A stretch of DNA of 64,000 nucleotides. Source: an uncultured Candidatus Saccharibacteria bacterium. GTDB lineage: Bacteria; Patescibacteriota; Minisyncoccia; Phycocordibacterales; WO2-35-19. Under the pieces are notes generated by a model. The model ran no database searches. It was not told the origin of the DNA and saw nothing but the letters and a program-made list of their open reading frames with translations. Location of the stretch: the NCBI GenBank assembly GCA_964440955.1, contig CAYTTP010000001.1:14388-78387 (forward strand). The letters run 5' to 3'. Shown here piece after piece: positions 48,866-58,000 of this stretch (the first letter of the stretch is position 1; each line of letters opens with the position of its first letter). Position numbers and translations under genes: made by a program.

Positions 48866-50137
48866 CTAGTACTCCCTCGCTGAAATTTGAGCGTCAATTT
48901 TCTTTACAAGATCAATAACCACAGATACAACAATGAGCAAACTTGTACCACCGATAGCGACTGCGCTTATACCGGTCACCGCCTGCATCACAAGAGGCAA
49001 AACTGCGATCACTGCCAAAAAGAGGGCGCCAACCAAGGTCAAACGAAGCAAAATGTTGGAGATATGGGAAGAAGTCGGAAGTCCAGGCCTTATACCTGGT
49101 ATGAATGCTCCACTCCTTTGTAGGTTTTTTGATATAGAGTCAGGGTCAAAAGTGACCGCAGTGTAGAAATAAGTGAAAATAAAAACAAGTGCAAAATAAG
49201 CAATTGCATAAAATGTCTGGTTGGTCATAAATGAAAGCACTGCCGCCGATGCACTTTGAACAAAACTATTTTGTACGTTTGCCAAAAACTGAACCAACAT
49301 TTGAGGCAACATCAAGATAGCAAGAGCAAAAATTATTGGTATTACTCCAGCCTGGTTAACCCTAAGTGGGATATAGGTCGAAGCGCCACCATACATTTTG
49401 TTGCCCCTCACCTGCTTTGCATAAGTGACTGGTATTGGACGCTCTGCTTCAGTCACGACGACTACCCCCCATATAACAAGCGCTGCGGCAGCAATGAAGC
49501 CGAGGTAGGAAGGTAGCTGGGAAGCATCGAAAGAGAAGAAGAGTTTCCCTATCTCGTTTGGCAAAACCGAAACAATACCAGCAAAAATAATGAGCGACAC
49601 ACCATTACCTATACCAAACTCAGTGATAAGTTCTCCAAGCCACATAAGTAGGAGCGAGCCAGCCGTAATGACAAGCAAATTGGTCGCTAGGTCAAAATAA
49701 CCAAGTCTTGCCAAAATACCCTGATTTTGAAGCAACGAAATGAAAGCAAAACCCTGCATGACTCCAAGCGGGATAGTGAGCAGTCGCGAATATTGTGAAA
49801 ATTTCCTTCGGCCCGCCTCACCTTCCTCTTGATACATTTCCTTCATCTTTGGAAAGATGATGGTGAAAAGTTGCATGATAATGGAAGCAGTGATGTAAGG
49901 CGAAACACCAAGCATGATGATCGAAAGCTTAGCTAAACCACCACCCGAAAAAAGGTTCAACAAATTGAAAAAATCGTTGTTGGAAAGAAACTGCTCGAGA
50001 CGCAAAGTATCAATCCCTGGGATTGGGATCACCGCCAAGAGCCTAAAAGCAACAAGGATGAAAAGAGTGAAAAAAATCCTCTTTCGGAGCACCCTGTCGC
50101 CGAAGACCAAATTTAGTTTATGAGCGAAGGTATTCAT
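48866..50137 (-). CDS. secY: preprotein translocase subunit SecY
   Basis: 423 aa with 10 TM helices and the usual SecY conserved blocks. Confidence 0.9.
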   Translation of the reverse strand: MNTFAHKLNLVFGDRVLRKRIFFTLFILVAFRLLAVIPIPGIDTLRLEQFLSNNDFFNLLNLFSGGGLAKLSIIMLGVSPYITASIIMQLFTIIFPKMKEMYQEEGEAGRRKFSQYSRLLTIPLGVMQGFAFISLLQNQGILARLGYFDLATNLLVITAGSLLLMWLGELITEFGIGNGVSLIIFAGIVSVLPNEIGKLFFSFDASQLPSYLGFIAAAALVIWGVVVVTEAERPIPVTYAKQVRGNKMYGGASTYIPLRVNQAGVIPIIFALAILMLPQMLVQFLANVQNSFVQSASAAVLSFMTNQTFYAIAYFALVFIFTYFYTAVTFDPDSISKNLQRSGAFIPGIRPGLPTSSHISNILLRLTLVGALFLAVIAVLPLVMQAVTGISAVAIGGTSLLIVVSVVIDLVKKIDAQISAREY

Positions 50138-50148
50138 TTATGCTTATT

Positions 50149-50598
50149 TTATTCTTCTTTTGAAACTTTACCACCTAAGGATTCGATCGCTGTGCGAGCC
50201 CCGGCCGAAACTTCTACGCCGATAAAATTGAAATTTTTAGTAAGTTCACCACCAACCAATATCTTGATACGAGGAGTGACTCCGCTTTTAATAGAAACGA
50301 GCTCCTTAGCAACAAGTGTCGCTGGGCTTATAGTTGCACCCTTTTCAAAAACTTTTTCGATGTCACCAAGTTTTATAGCTTTCGCTTCATCCAAGCGAGT
50401 TTTCAAAGAGTTTTTGCCACGACCACGAAGTTTTGGTAGTCGTTTTATAATATCGCGCCATTCAGGTCGCTTTTTTCTACCTGATCGAGCATTTTGACCC
50501 TTGGTACCACGTCCCGAAGTCTTACCTCGAGAACCGCCACGACCAACCTGCTTCGCCTTTCGATTGGAACTATTCTTTTTTAGGTTATGGAATTGCAT
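50149..50598 (-). CDS. rplO: 50S ribosomal protein L15
   Basis: 149 aa with a Gly/Arg-rich N-terminus. There is no L30 gene between it and rpsE. Confidence 0.85.
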   Translation of the reverse strand: MQFHNLKKNSSNRKAKQVGRGGSRGKTSGRGTKGQNARSGRKKRPEWRDIIKRLPKLRGRGKNSLKTRLDEAKAIKLGDIEKVFEKGATISPATLVAKELVSIKSGVTPRIKILVGGELTKNFNFIGVEVSAGARTAIESLGGKVSKEE

Positions 50599-50635
50599 AT
50601 TTCTGATTGAAGATTAAAAATTGAAAATTTGGAGT

Positions 50636-51250
50636 TTAACTTTTAACTTTCAACTGTTGCAATGCTTTAATGGTAGCGCGAGCAATGTTGAGTTTATTTT
50701 TTGATCGAGAGAGTATCTTCGAAGATACTTGGCTTACTCCAGCAAGCTCAAGGACAGTACGTACGGCGCTTCCGGCAATCACTCCCTTACCTGGAGCTGG
50801 CATAATGCTAACTTGTGCACTTGAATATTTAGCAAAAACCGGATGATTGATAGACTTTTTGTCGTTGAGTGCAACCTTGACCATCTCTTTTTTAGCAGCT
50901 CGCATCGCTTTGTCGACTGCGATCGGAGTGTCAGACGACTTACCAACACCAACACCTACCCGACCCTTTCGGTCGCCAATTGCAATCGCGATCGAAAAAC
51001 TAAAACGACGACCACCGGAAGTCACACGAGTAACCCGCCTAACATTCAAGATTTTGTTATCAAATTCTTGCTTAACTCGCTCCACCCGACGTGAAGGTCG
51101 GCGCTCGTTTTTGCGACGATCGCCTCGTGGACCAAAGTCCTTTTTGCCCTCCGGTGCCAAAGCGCCACTATCGGTCGCGACTGCGTTAAGAGTCGCTTCT
51201 TCAACCACCTCCTCTGTACCTTCTATTATTTTTTCCTCTTGATTGTCCAT
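50636..51250 (-). CDS. rpsE: 30S ribosomal protein S5
   Basis: 204 aa. The core …VTRVTSGGRRFSFSIAIAIGDRKGRVGVGVGKS… follows an acidic and basic N-terminal extension. Confidence 0.85.
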   Translation of the reverse strand: MDNQEEKIIEGTEEVVEEATLNAVATDSGALAPEGKKDFGPRGDRRKNERRPSRRVERVKQEFDNKILNVRRVTRVTSGGRRFSFSIAIAIGDRKGRVGVGVGKSSDTPIAVDKAMRAAKKEMVKVALNDKKSINHPVFAKYSSAQVSIMPAPGKGVIAGSAVRTVLELAGVSQVSSKILSRSKNKLNIARATIKALQQLKVKS

Positions 51251-51257
51251 TGTTTAA

Positions 51258-51608
51258 TTAAAATTTAAGTCCACCTTCACGGGCGCCGAGAGCAAGAGCT
51301 GCGACAACACCAGTGTATTCAAAACCTCCTCGATCGAAAACCACCTTTATAACACCCTCTTTGAGAGCTGCCCCCGCCAAAGTTTGTCCAACCTTAAGAG
51401 CTTTTTCCAACAAAGTACCTTTGCCTTTCATCTTTTCACTTGTAGCCATAACCAAAGTCATGCCTTTGGTATCATCAATGATTTGAGCAGAAATATGTTT
51501 GTTTGAACGAAAGACCGAAAGTCGAGGCTTTTCTGATGTGCCAAAAATCTTGGCTCGTACTCGCTTCCTACGTCTATCCCTTTGCTGTTGTTTTGTTTTA
51601 GTATCCAT
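51258..51608 (-). CDS. rplR: 50S ribosomal protein L18
   Basis: 116 aa, …[17 protein letters not shown]…. Confidence 0.85.
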   Translation of the reverse strand: MDTKTKQQQRDRRRKRVRAKIFGTSEKPRLSVFRSNKHISAQIIDDTKGMTLVMATSEKMKGKGTLLEKALKVGQTLAGAALKEGVIKVVFDRGGFEYTGVVAALALGAREGGLKF

Positions 51609-51645
51609 CGAGATTGATTGAAAATTGAAGATTCAAAATTAAAAA

Positions 51646-52179
51646 TTAGACAGACTTTTTTCCTTGCTTTCGGCGGATCACTTCGCCCTCGTACCTAAAG
51701 CCCTTGCCTTTGTAAGGTTCAGGCTTCTTCAAAGAACGAACCTTGGCTGCGAAGCTTCCCACCAATTCCTTGTCTATACCAGAAACCGTGATAAGGTTCT
51801 TTTCCGCCTTTACGGTAAGACCTTGAGGTATTTCAACATTGACTGGGTGGGAAAATCCGAGCGCCAAGACCAAAGTATTGCCATTCACTTGAGACTTATA
51901 GCCGACACCCTCGAGAATGAGCTTCTTTTCAAAACCCTCATTCACGCCCTTGATCATATTCTTTATATGAGAGCCATAAGTCCCCCAAAGAGCGCGGGTT
52001 TCCTTAGTGTCCTTAACTAAAGCAAGGCGAATATCGTTTCCTTCAATCATGATAGCAATATCTGGACGAAACATCCGGTCAAGCGACCCTTTAGGTCCTT
52101 TGACAGACAAAAGACCATTGTCGAATTTTACTTCGGTCTTCTCTCCAATCATTATTCCTTTTTTGCCTATTCTACTCAT
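51646..52179 (-). CDS. rplF: 50S ribosomal protein L6
   Basis: 177 aa with two L6 repeats. Confidence 0.85.
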   Translation of the reverse strand: MSRIGKKGIMIGEKTEVKFDNGLLSVKGPKGSLDRMFRPDIAIMIEGNDIRLALVKDTKETRALWGTYGSHIKNMIKGVNEGFEKKLILEGVGYKSQVNGNTLVLALGFSHPVNVEIPQGLTVKAEKNLITVSGIDKELVGSFAAKVRSLKKPEPYKGKGFRYEGEVIRRKQGKKSV

Positions 52180-52230
52180 TGTTTTTATATTTGTATCATT
52201 CGTGTGAATTCGTGAATCTAGTGTTGCACT

Positions 52231-52626
52231 TTACCAGATATTAAACAAAAATTCGCCACCAAGGTTTGCTTTCTTAGCATCCATATCAGCCATAATACCT
52301 TTTGGAGTTGAGAAAACCGACATTCCAAAACCTCGACGAAAACGCTTTATTTCCTTCGCTTTAGCGTACAATCGGCGCGATGGCTTTGAAATACGGTCTA
52401 CATCTTGGACTTTTGGTTTACCATCTTCACCGTATAAAAGAGCGACGTTCAAGACAAAGTGGTTGCCTTTGGTTGTTTTTGAAACTTCGCCCACAAAGCC
52501 CTTCTCGGAGAGCAAAGTAGCGATTGCAAACTTCATTTTTGAAAAAGGTAGGGAAATATTCGCCTTGCCGACACGGCCCGCGTTTTTGATTCGTATTATA
52601 AAATCTCCGATTGTGTCTGTAGTCAT
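52231..52626 (-). CDS. rpsH: 30S ribosomal protein S8
   Basis: MTTDTIGDFIIRIKNAG…. Confidence 0.9.
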   Translation of the reverse strand: MTTDTIGDFIIRIKNAGRVGKANISLPFSKMKFAIATLLSEKGFVGEVSKTTKGNHFVLNVALLYGEDGKPKVQDVDRISKPSRRLYAKAKEIKRFRRGFGMSVFSTPKGIMADMDAKKANLGGEFLFNIW

Positions 52627-52704
52627 TGTTTTTCGAGGCGATTTTTCCCTTCGACAGGCTCAGGGTAAAGAGCCTAAAAAGAAGTGAAATCTACCAAGAT
52701 ATTG

Positions 52705-52926
52705 TTACCAAGATGATTTCTTAACTCCCGGTATTCTACCGGTATTTGCAAGCTCCCTGAAGCATATACGACAGAGACCAAAGTCACCCATATATGCTCT
52801 CGATCGGCCACATTTGAAACAGCGTCGAACGATCCGAGTGCTGAATTTCGGCTTCTTTTGTGATCTTGCGATTACTGAAGTTTTTGCCATTTCTATTAAA
52901 TAACCCCGTATAAAAGGGGCTTCCAT
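52705..52926 (-). CDS. rpsZ: 30S ribosomal protein S14 type Z (zinc-binding)
   Basis: 73 aa with CFKCGRS…CRIC, a CxxC…CxxC arrangement. Confidence 0.8.
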   Translation of the reverse strand: MEAPFIRGYLIEMAKTSVIARSQKKPKFSTRIVRRCFKCGRSRAYMGDFGLCRICFRELANTGRIPGVKKSSW

Positions 52927-52985
52927 ACATTATCAAAAGACTAAAAAATAGTCAAACTCTTGGGAAAGATAGATCGGCGACAGCA

Positions 52986-53333
52986 ATGGTATTGCAACAT
53001 ATCACTAAAACGTGGTATAAATTTGGCGGAAAGGAAGAAAAAATGCGGGAATTTCTCACCACGCCAGATACCCAGACAACGCCAGACCGTGGACTAAAAT
53101 GCCTGGAGGGATTGAACTTCGTCTTCACCTGCAACGGCCGAGACGGGAAATCAAACACCCTCACAGGCTCCATCACTGAGGCGCACACTCATGATGGCGA
53201 GATGCGACTAAAAGTATCAGCAAGGTTATTTCGGGGAGAGGAAGTAGATTTCTTAGCCTTCAAAGAAGAAGGCTATTGGGTGGTGAAGACGACGCACAGC
53301 ACCATACCAGGTTATTTCAAAATCGTCCCCTAG
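52986..53333 (+). CDS. hypothetical protein (GC-rich)
   Basis: 115 aa ORF; an alternative start is MREFL at 53042. It is followed by a terminator. Confidence 0.35.
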   Translation: MVLQHITKTWYKFGGKEEKMREFLTTPDTQTTPDRGLKCLEGLNFVFTCNGRDGKSNTLTGSITEAHTHDGEMRLKVSARLFRGEEVDFLAFKEEGYWVVKTTHSTIPGYFKIVP

Positions 53334-53356
53334 CTCGCCCACCACTACCACCTCCC

Positions 53357-53386
53357 AGGCCGCCTTCGCGGCCTTTTATTTTTTAA
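53357..53386 (+). terminator. hairpin terminator (aggccgcc ttc gcggcct plus T run)
   Basis: GC stem followed by TTTTATTTTTT. Confidence 0.6.
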
Positions 53387-53397
53387 GTTTTAAAAAA

Positions 53398-53883
53398 CTA
53401 TTGGATATTTCTAGCCTTATCATACAGATCAAAAATAATATCTACCGTATATGAACGGTTTTGAGGCAATTCATCTCTTTTAAACCAACCGGCTTCCAAT
53501 ACTTCAAAACCATCGACTTCAAATTTTCTACTATCAGCTTGGGCCAAATACACATATACCGTATCTTTTTTATACTCCCTCGTATTTAGAAAACTTCCTA
53601 TTGATTGAATATTGTTAGCGGCAACCCCAGCCTCTTCTTTTAGTTCTCTTGCTGCCGCCCGCTCTGGACTCTCCCCGCGTTTTATCCCACCGCCGGGCAC
53701 TGTCCAACACTTATGTCCATAACTTATCCGCACCAACAAAAATTCTCCATGAGACTCTACCAAACATTTCACCCCGCTCGTGTGAGGGCGAAATACAAAG
53801 TAGTATAAAGTTCTCAAATAATCGGCGATTTTTAATATATACATATTTGAGTATTTTAATACTAAAATTATAAAACCTTGCAA
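53398..53883 (-). CDS. NUDIX hydrolase
   Basis: Nudix box GGGIKRGESPERAAARELKEEAGV. Confidence 0.75.
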   Translation of the reverse strand: MQGFIILVLKYSNMYILKIADYLRTLYYFVFRPHTSGVKCLVESHGEFLLVRISYGHKCWTVPGGGIKRGESPERAAARELKEEAGVAANNIQSIGSFLNTREYKKDTVYVYLAQADSRKFEVDGFEVLEAGWFKRDELPQNRSYTVDIIFDLYDKARNIQ

Positions 53884-53995
53884 TATTAATCAAATAAAAA
53901 GACTAGTCTACCACAAGGCCAGCCCACTAGAACGGGCTGGCCTTAGACTTTTAAAAACATTGAATTCGTGTAGAATGATCAATATTGATCAGATA

Positions 53996-54128
53996 ATAAG
54001 GAAGGGTGTCAGAGTGTTGATTTCCGAGCCTACGCAGGAAATCAAAGCCGGACCGAGCGTAGGCGAGGGAGGCGGGGTCGCGAGATTTTTCTAGCCAGAA
54101 AAATACTTGTGACCTAATGTGCACCTCG
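53996..54128 (+). repeat. degenerate partial duplicate of tRNA-Ser (5' 17 nt, then about 94 nt containing a GC-rich repeat-family fragment, then a D/anticodon-like segment)
   Basis: ataaggaagggtgtcagagtg is shared with the real tRNA at 54163-54183. gtgacctaatgtgcacct echoes tRNA positions 17-33. gagcgtaggcgagggaggcggggtcgcg resembles the repeat-family tail. Confidence 0.45.
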
Positions 54129-54168
54129 TTTATTTTGGAGGAGTAAGGTAAGGTATAAAAATAAATAA

Positions 54169-54257
54169 GGAAGGGTGTCAGAGTGGTCTAATGTGCATCT
54201 TTGCTAAAGATGTGTGCCCTTTAAAAGGCACCGAGGGTTCGAATCCCTCCCCTTCCG
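54169..54257 (+). tRNA. tRNA-Ser(GCU)
   Basis: GGAAGGG acceptor; anticodon arm CATCT-TTGCTAA-AGATG with GCT at positions 34-36; long variable arm GTGCC…GGCAC; T-arm GAGGG-TTCGAAT-CCCTC; acceptor 3' strand CCCTTCC; discriminator G. One mismatch in the D-stem. Confidence 0.75.
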
Positions 54258-54472
54258 CAAAAAAGCGAGAGCACGCAAGCTTTTTTGCGGAAGTCGCTCT
54301 ACAAGAGCGAGTTTCGCGTAGCGAAATGGGAGGGATTCGAAGGCCGGAAGAAATTTTTTAGCAAAAAAATTTCTGAGGCGGGGTCGCGCAAAAATTTAGC
54401 AAAATTTTATGTGTGACCGAATCCCTAGAAACACTCTCGAGTCGTGAAAATTTTTGGTTTTGGTTCCAACGC

Positions 54473-55255
54473 TTATTTTTTATTGAAGCGCTTAAAGTAG
54501 TCATCGATTTCGCCACGAAGTTCAATTCCAACTCGTTCAAAACAATCTAATAAATCTTTGTATGTGCCTTTACCACCAAGAAAATCCCAAAATTCATCAG
54601 CTACTTTAAGCTCATTATCCAAATCAAGCATTCCACGCATTGTCCATCGAGTGTAGGGTTCTGGTTCGTAAGGATTATATGGAATTGCGATAAATGTGTT
54701 TATATCGGCTTTTGGATTGTTCGCCAAAGTTACAGCGACCCATTCAAGTAGTGTTCGTTTAAATTCCTTAAATCCTCCAGCATTAGGTTTTGCTGTTTTT
54801 ATATCAAATAAATAATAACCGCCGTCTTTTGATTCAAACATTAAATCTACTTTGGTAGGTTTTGCTTTTATCATCTCACCAGACTGACAAACTTTTCTTA
54901 TTCGTTCAATTTCTTCTTTTTTGTTTGGTGATGATGTCGCTGTCGTTAGCCCGTCAATAATTTTCTGTATTTCTGCTTGTGCGCCAGTGCTTATACGATC
55001 TCCGGCAGTAGCTTGGCATGTAGCCATTTTAAAATTCTTTTGTGCTAAAGCTAAGCCAACCGGTTCAAAAATACTTGTTCCAAAATTAGTATTGAGCGAA
55101 TGGATAAATGAATAAAGTGCCAATCTATCCTTACCCAAAAGACGAGTATGGAATGGCATCGAAGCCGGTTCCGGTTTGTAATTTTGGAATTTGTTTCTGA
55201 GACTTGCTTTTAATACATCCTCAACATTCTTAACTTGTTCTTTTGATAGTGTCAT
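54473..55255 (-). CDS. type II restriction endonuclease (PD-(D/E)xK fold)
   Basis: 260 aa. The putative catalytic region is …MFESKDGGYYLFDIKTAK… It lies 4 nt downstream of a DNA methyltransferase gene. Confidence 0.6.
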   Translation of the reverse strand: MTLSKEQVKNVEDVLKASLRNKFQNYKPEPASMPFHTRLLGKDRLALYSFIHSLNTNFGTSIFEPVGLALAQKNFKMATCQATAGDRISTGAQAEIQKIIDGLTTATSSPNKKEEIERIRKVCQSGEMIKAKPTKVDLMFESKDGGYYLFDIKTAKPNAGGFKEFKRTLLEWVAVTLANNPKADINTFIAIPYNPYEPEPYTRWTMRGMLDLDNELKVADEFWDFLGGKGTYKDLLDCFERVGIELRGEIDDYFKRFNKK

Positions 55256-55259
55256 AAAA

Positions 55260-56834
55260 TTATACTGATTTAAAATGAAAAATTATTTCGGAATATGGAT
55301 TCCTGTCCCGTTCTGTTCGATTCAAAACAGGTCTTTTAAATTGATTCACAATCTTCATTCCAGATTTTTCAGCAATTTCTGGATAGAGATTGTATTTATC
55401 GTTTGCCACAAGGAAAATGTCATAATCATCTTTTAAGTATTTCTTACAATTATTTAGCACATCAGCTATTCCTTGGGCGTATGATCTACGTGCCTCCTGT
55501 CCTTGTCCTTTGTAAAGAGGACCAATTTCTAGATCGTCTTTTCTCTTAAAACCCAGCAAATCATAAGCATAGGCGTGTTGTTCGTGATAATCTATCTGTC
55601 CAACATATGGAGGCGAGCAAAATATACCCGAAATTTTTTGTTTTTTGAGAATCTTTGCAAACTCCGGATTTTGCTTTTCAACTTTTTCAAAAATATCCAC
55701 AGCTCTTGAATCACCAGCAATAGCCGAGTAATGGACTGGTTTTCGCAATCTTTCAAATTCCTTAATTCTTGAAACTGTATCGTAAGCGTAACGATTAAGC
55801 ATTGTTTTTATAGAGAACAACGGCTTGCAAATCTTTTTATGCTTATAACAATAGTATGTAGTTAGTTGAGGTTCTTTTAGAGTAGCAAGATCACTGTGTG
55901 TTGTAGCTCGGCATGACCTAATTGTTCGACTCAAAATCAGAGCTAAAATCTTTTTTGTTTTCACATCCTTCTCTTGCTTTATGGTGTTAAAGACATGATT
56001 AATTTCTTTTCTCACATTATCCATAAACCAAGTGTCTAAAAATGATTCAGTCTTGTCTTGTTTCAGTTTTATTGAATATTTTTTGAGTAATTTTTGATAT
56101 GTAGGCAAAAACTCCTTTTCTTTTTCTGAAGAAAACTTTTTTTCATCAAAATTTCCCTGATTTATTTTATATTTGAAATCTGAGCCGGGAAAATGTTTGT
56201 TATTAAATTTTGCCAATTCTGCCAACAACTCTGTTTCAAATTCTTGTATTCTGTTATCATGCTCAAAAGTATCTATTGCGGAGAGCATTTTTTTAATTGC
56301 TTTCTGTAAATAGTCGTGATCATAGTTTGTTGCCTTGCAACTCGCAATCATGCAATTAAACTCAGACACATCAATACCCACGGAATGGATACCCATTTCT
56401 AGTGACTGAATAATTGTTGTTCCTGAACCTAAAAAAGGATCGAGGACTATATCACCGGTTTTAAAATAAACTTCTTTTTTAAAATCATCAGTATGGGAAT
56501 CAATAAAATATTCAACCAGTTGCGGAATATATTTTCCTTTGTATGGATGTAATCTATGAACATGCTTCGTCGTATCTTTTTCCCTGAGATTATCAAAAGA
56601 CAACGCCCAGTTTAAGTCATCGCCAAGTTGTTTTTTCCAATCAATCTCTCGTTTACCTTTCCATGATTCGTAATACTTTTTCAAATCATTCAAATCAACA
56701 AGGGTTGATCCATTTTCTCCAAGTTTCTTAACCTTACCGTATTGAACAAGGTAAGAAATATTTGTTGGCGATACTTCTTTTTCAAGATAGTCCGTCGCCC
56801 ATTTTGATGCTTCGTGTATAGTTACTAATGACAT
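55260..56834 (-). CDS. DNA methyltransferase (amino-MTase with motif I DPFLGSGTT and motif IV SPPY; N6-adenine or N4-cytosine)
   Basis: 524 aa. FxGxG-type DPFLGSGTT lies near residue 130 and CSPPYVGQIDY near residue 415, an alpha-like motif order. Confidence 0.75.
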   Translation of the reverse strand: MSLVTIHEASKWATDYLEKEVSPTNISYLVQYGKVKKLGENGSTLVDLNDLKKYYESWKGKREIDWKKQLGDDLNWALSFDNLREKDTTKHVHRLHPYKGKYIPQLVEYFIDSHTDDFKKEVYFKTGDIVLDPFLGSGTTIIQSLEMGIHSVGIDVSEFNCMIASCKATNYDHDYLQKAIKKMLSAIDTFEHDNRIQEFETELLAELAKFNNKHFPGSDFKYKINQGNFDEKKFSSEKEKEFLPTYQKLLKKYSIKLKQDKTESFLDTWFMDNVRKEINHVFNTIKQEKDVKTKKILALILSRTIRSCRATTHSDLATLKEPQLTTYYCYKHKKICKPLFSIKTMLNRYAYDTVSRIKEFERLRKPVHYSAIAGDSRAVDIFEKVEKQNPEFAKILKKQKISGIFCSPPYVGQIDYHEQHAYAYDLLGFKRKDDLEIGPLYKGQGQEARRSYAQGIADVLNNCKKYLKDDYDIFLVANDKYNLYPEIAEKSGMKIVNQFKRPVLNRTERDRNPYSEIIFHFKSV

Positions 56835-56843
56835 AAGTTTATT

Positions 56844-57470
56844 TTATAATTCTTTTCTTAATACTCCTACGACCTTTCCTTGAATGACGACATTTGATTC
56901 GTAAAACGGCTTCATGGTTTGATTTGCTGGAACAAGTTTTACCCTATCTTTTTCCCTGTATATTTTTTTAAGTGTTACTTCGTTTCTATCTGGCATATAC
57001 GCAACTGCTTTTTCTCCATCTTCGATAGTTTGTTGATCGTGAACAATAACAATATCGCCATCCATAATTCCTTCCTCAATCATACTTAATCCAGAAACTT
57101 TGAGCGCATAATATTGAGAAGGACTACGAAGCATTGATCGTGGCACTTCAATCATTTCTTCGGTGCGTATTGCTTCAATGGGACCACCAGCAGAAATAAT
57201 TCCGAGAAGTGGTATATCGACAAGTGGTGATTTATAATCCTGTGGAGCAATGATCGATCGTTTCCTGCCTCTTTCCATTTTTAATAAACCTTTTTTCCAT
57301 AAAGCGTGAACATGTTGATGTATTGTCGGCACTGACACATCAAAATGCTTCGCTGTTTCGACTTGCGAAGGGGCATAACCATTCTCTCGTCGATAAGCAC
57401 GAATAAAATCCAAAACCTCGGCCTCACGCTTGGTTGGTTTATCTGTTGTAACACTTGACTCTTCTTTCAT
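56844..57470 (-). CDS. lexA: LexA repressor (S24 peptidase)
   Basis: 208 aa. The N-terminal LexA winged HTH (…EVLDFIRAYRRENGYAPSQVETAKHFDVSVPTIHQHVHALWKKGLL…), a cleavage-site region and the S24 Ser/Lys dyad region (VSGLSM…GDIVIV…K) are present. Confidence 0.85.
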   Translation of the reverse strand: MKEESSVTTDKPTKREAEVLDFIRAYRRENGYAPSQVETAKHFDVSVPTIHQHVHALWKKGLLKMERGRKRSIIAPQDYKSPLVDIPLLGIISAGGPIEAIRTEEMIEVPRSMLRSPSQYYALKVSGLSMIEEGIMDGDIVIVHDQQTIEDGEKAVAYMPDRNEVTLKKIYREKDRVKLVPANQTMKPFYESNVVIQGKVVGVLRKEL

Positions 57471-57475
57471 GAGTT

Positions 57476-57485
57476 TAGTATACTA
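57476..57485. promoter_or_regulatory. perfect 10-bp palindrome TAGTATACTA 6 nt upstream of the lexA start; candidate operator
   Basis: A self-complementary sequence overlapping the lexA ribosome-binding region, in the 91-bp divergent lexA/HNH intergenic region. Confidence 0.35.
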
Positions 57486-57561
57486 CCTAAAGATAACCTA
57501 AACAAGCACTGGTTATCCACAGAATTAAAGGTCGAAACAATAAGCTAAACAATTAACCATT

Positions 57562-57861
57562 ATGGCAAGAAATCGAAGTACAAAACGCGATGGAGCATCT
57601 TTTGATGAAGCAGTAATTGAAGCTGTTTGGAAAAAAGGAACTCCGGAATCATATGAAAGTTTTCGGAAAGATGTCTGCGGCGCTAGTATGCAACGTTCAA
57701 AATACGGAGAGACTGTACAATGGGGTTGGGAGATTGATCACATCAAACCAGTCGCCTTGGGTGGCTCAGACGATTTGAGCAATTTGCAACCGCTCCAGTG
57801 GGAAAATAATCGTGCGAAGAGCGATGAGTACCCACACAAAACATGTGCTGTCAGAAGCTAG
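57562..57861 (+). CDS. HNH endonuclease (99 aa, free-standing)
   Basis: HNH motif …WEIDHIKPVALGGSDDLSNLQPLQWENNRAK…. Confidence 0.75.
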   Translation: MARNRSTKRDGASFDEAVIEAVWKKGTPESYESFRKDVCGASMQRSKYGETVQWGWEIDHIKPVALGGSDDLSNLQPLQWENNRAKSDEYPHKTCAVRS

Positions 57862-57975
57862 GTGCTTGGAAAACGTGCTGATGTAAATAGAGCCTGCGTA
57901 CTTGATACGACACTCTGAACTTCAGCTACGATGGAACGGCACGCACAAAGGCGATTGGAAAGCACACCTTCCAAC

Positions 57976-58000
57976 AAAATCCCCTTACGGGGATTTTGTT
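57976..58000 (+). terminator. hairpin terminator after the HNH gene
   Basis: aaaatcccc ttac ggggatttt. Confidence 0.55.
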
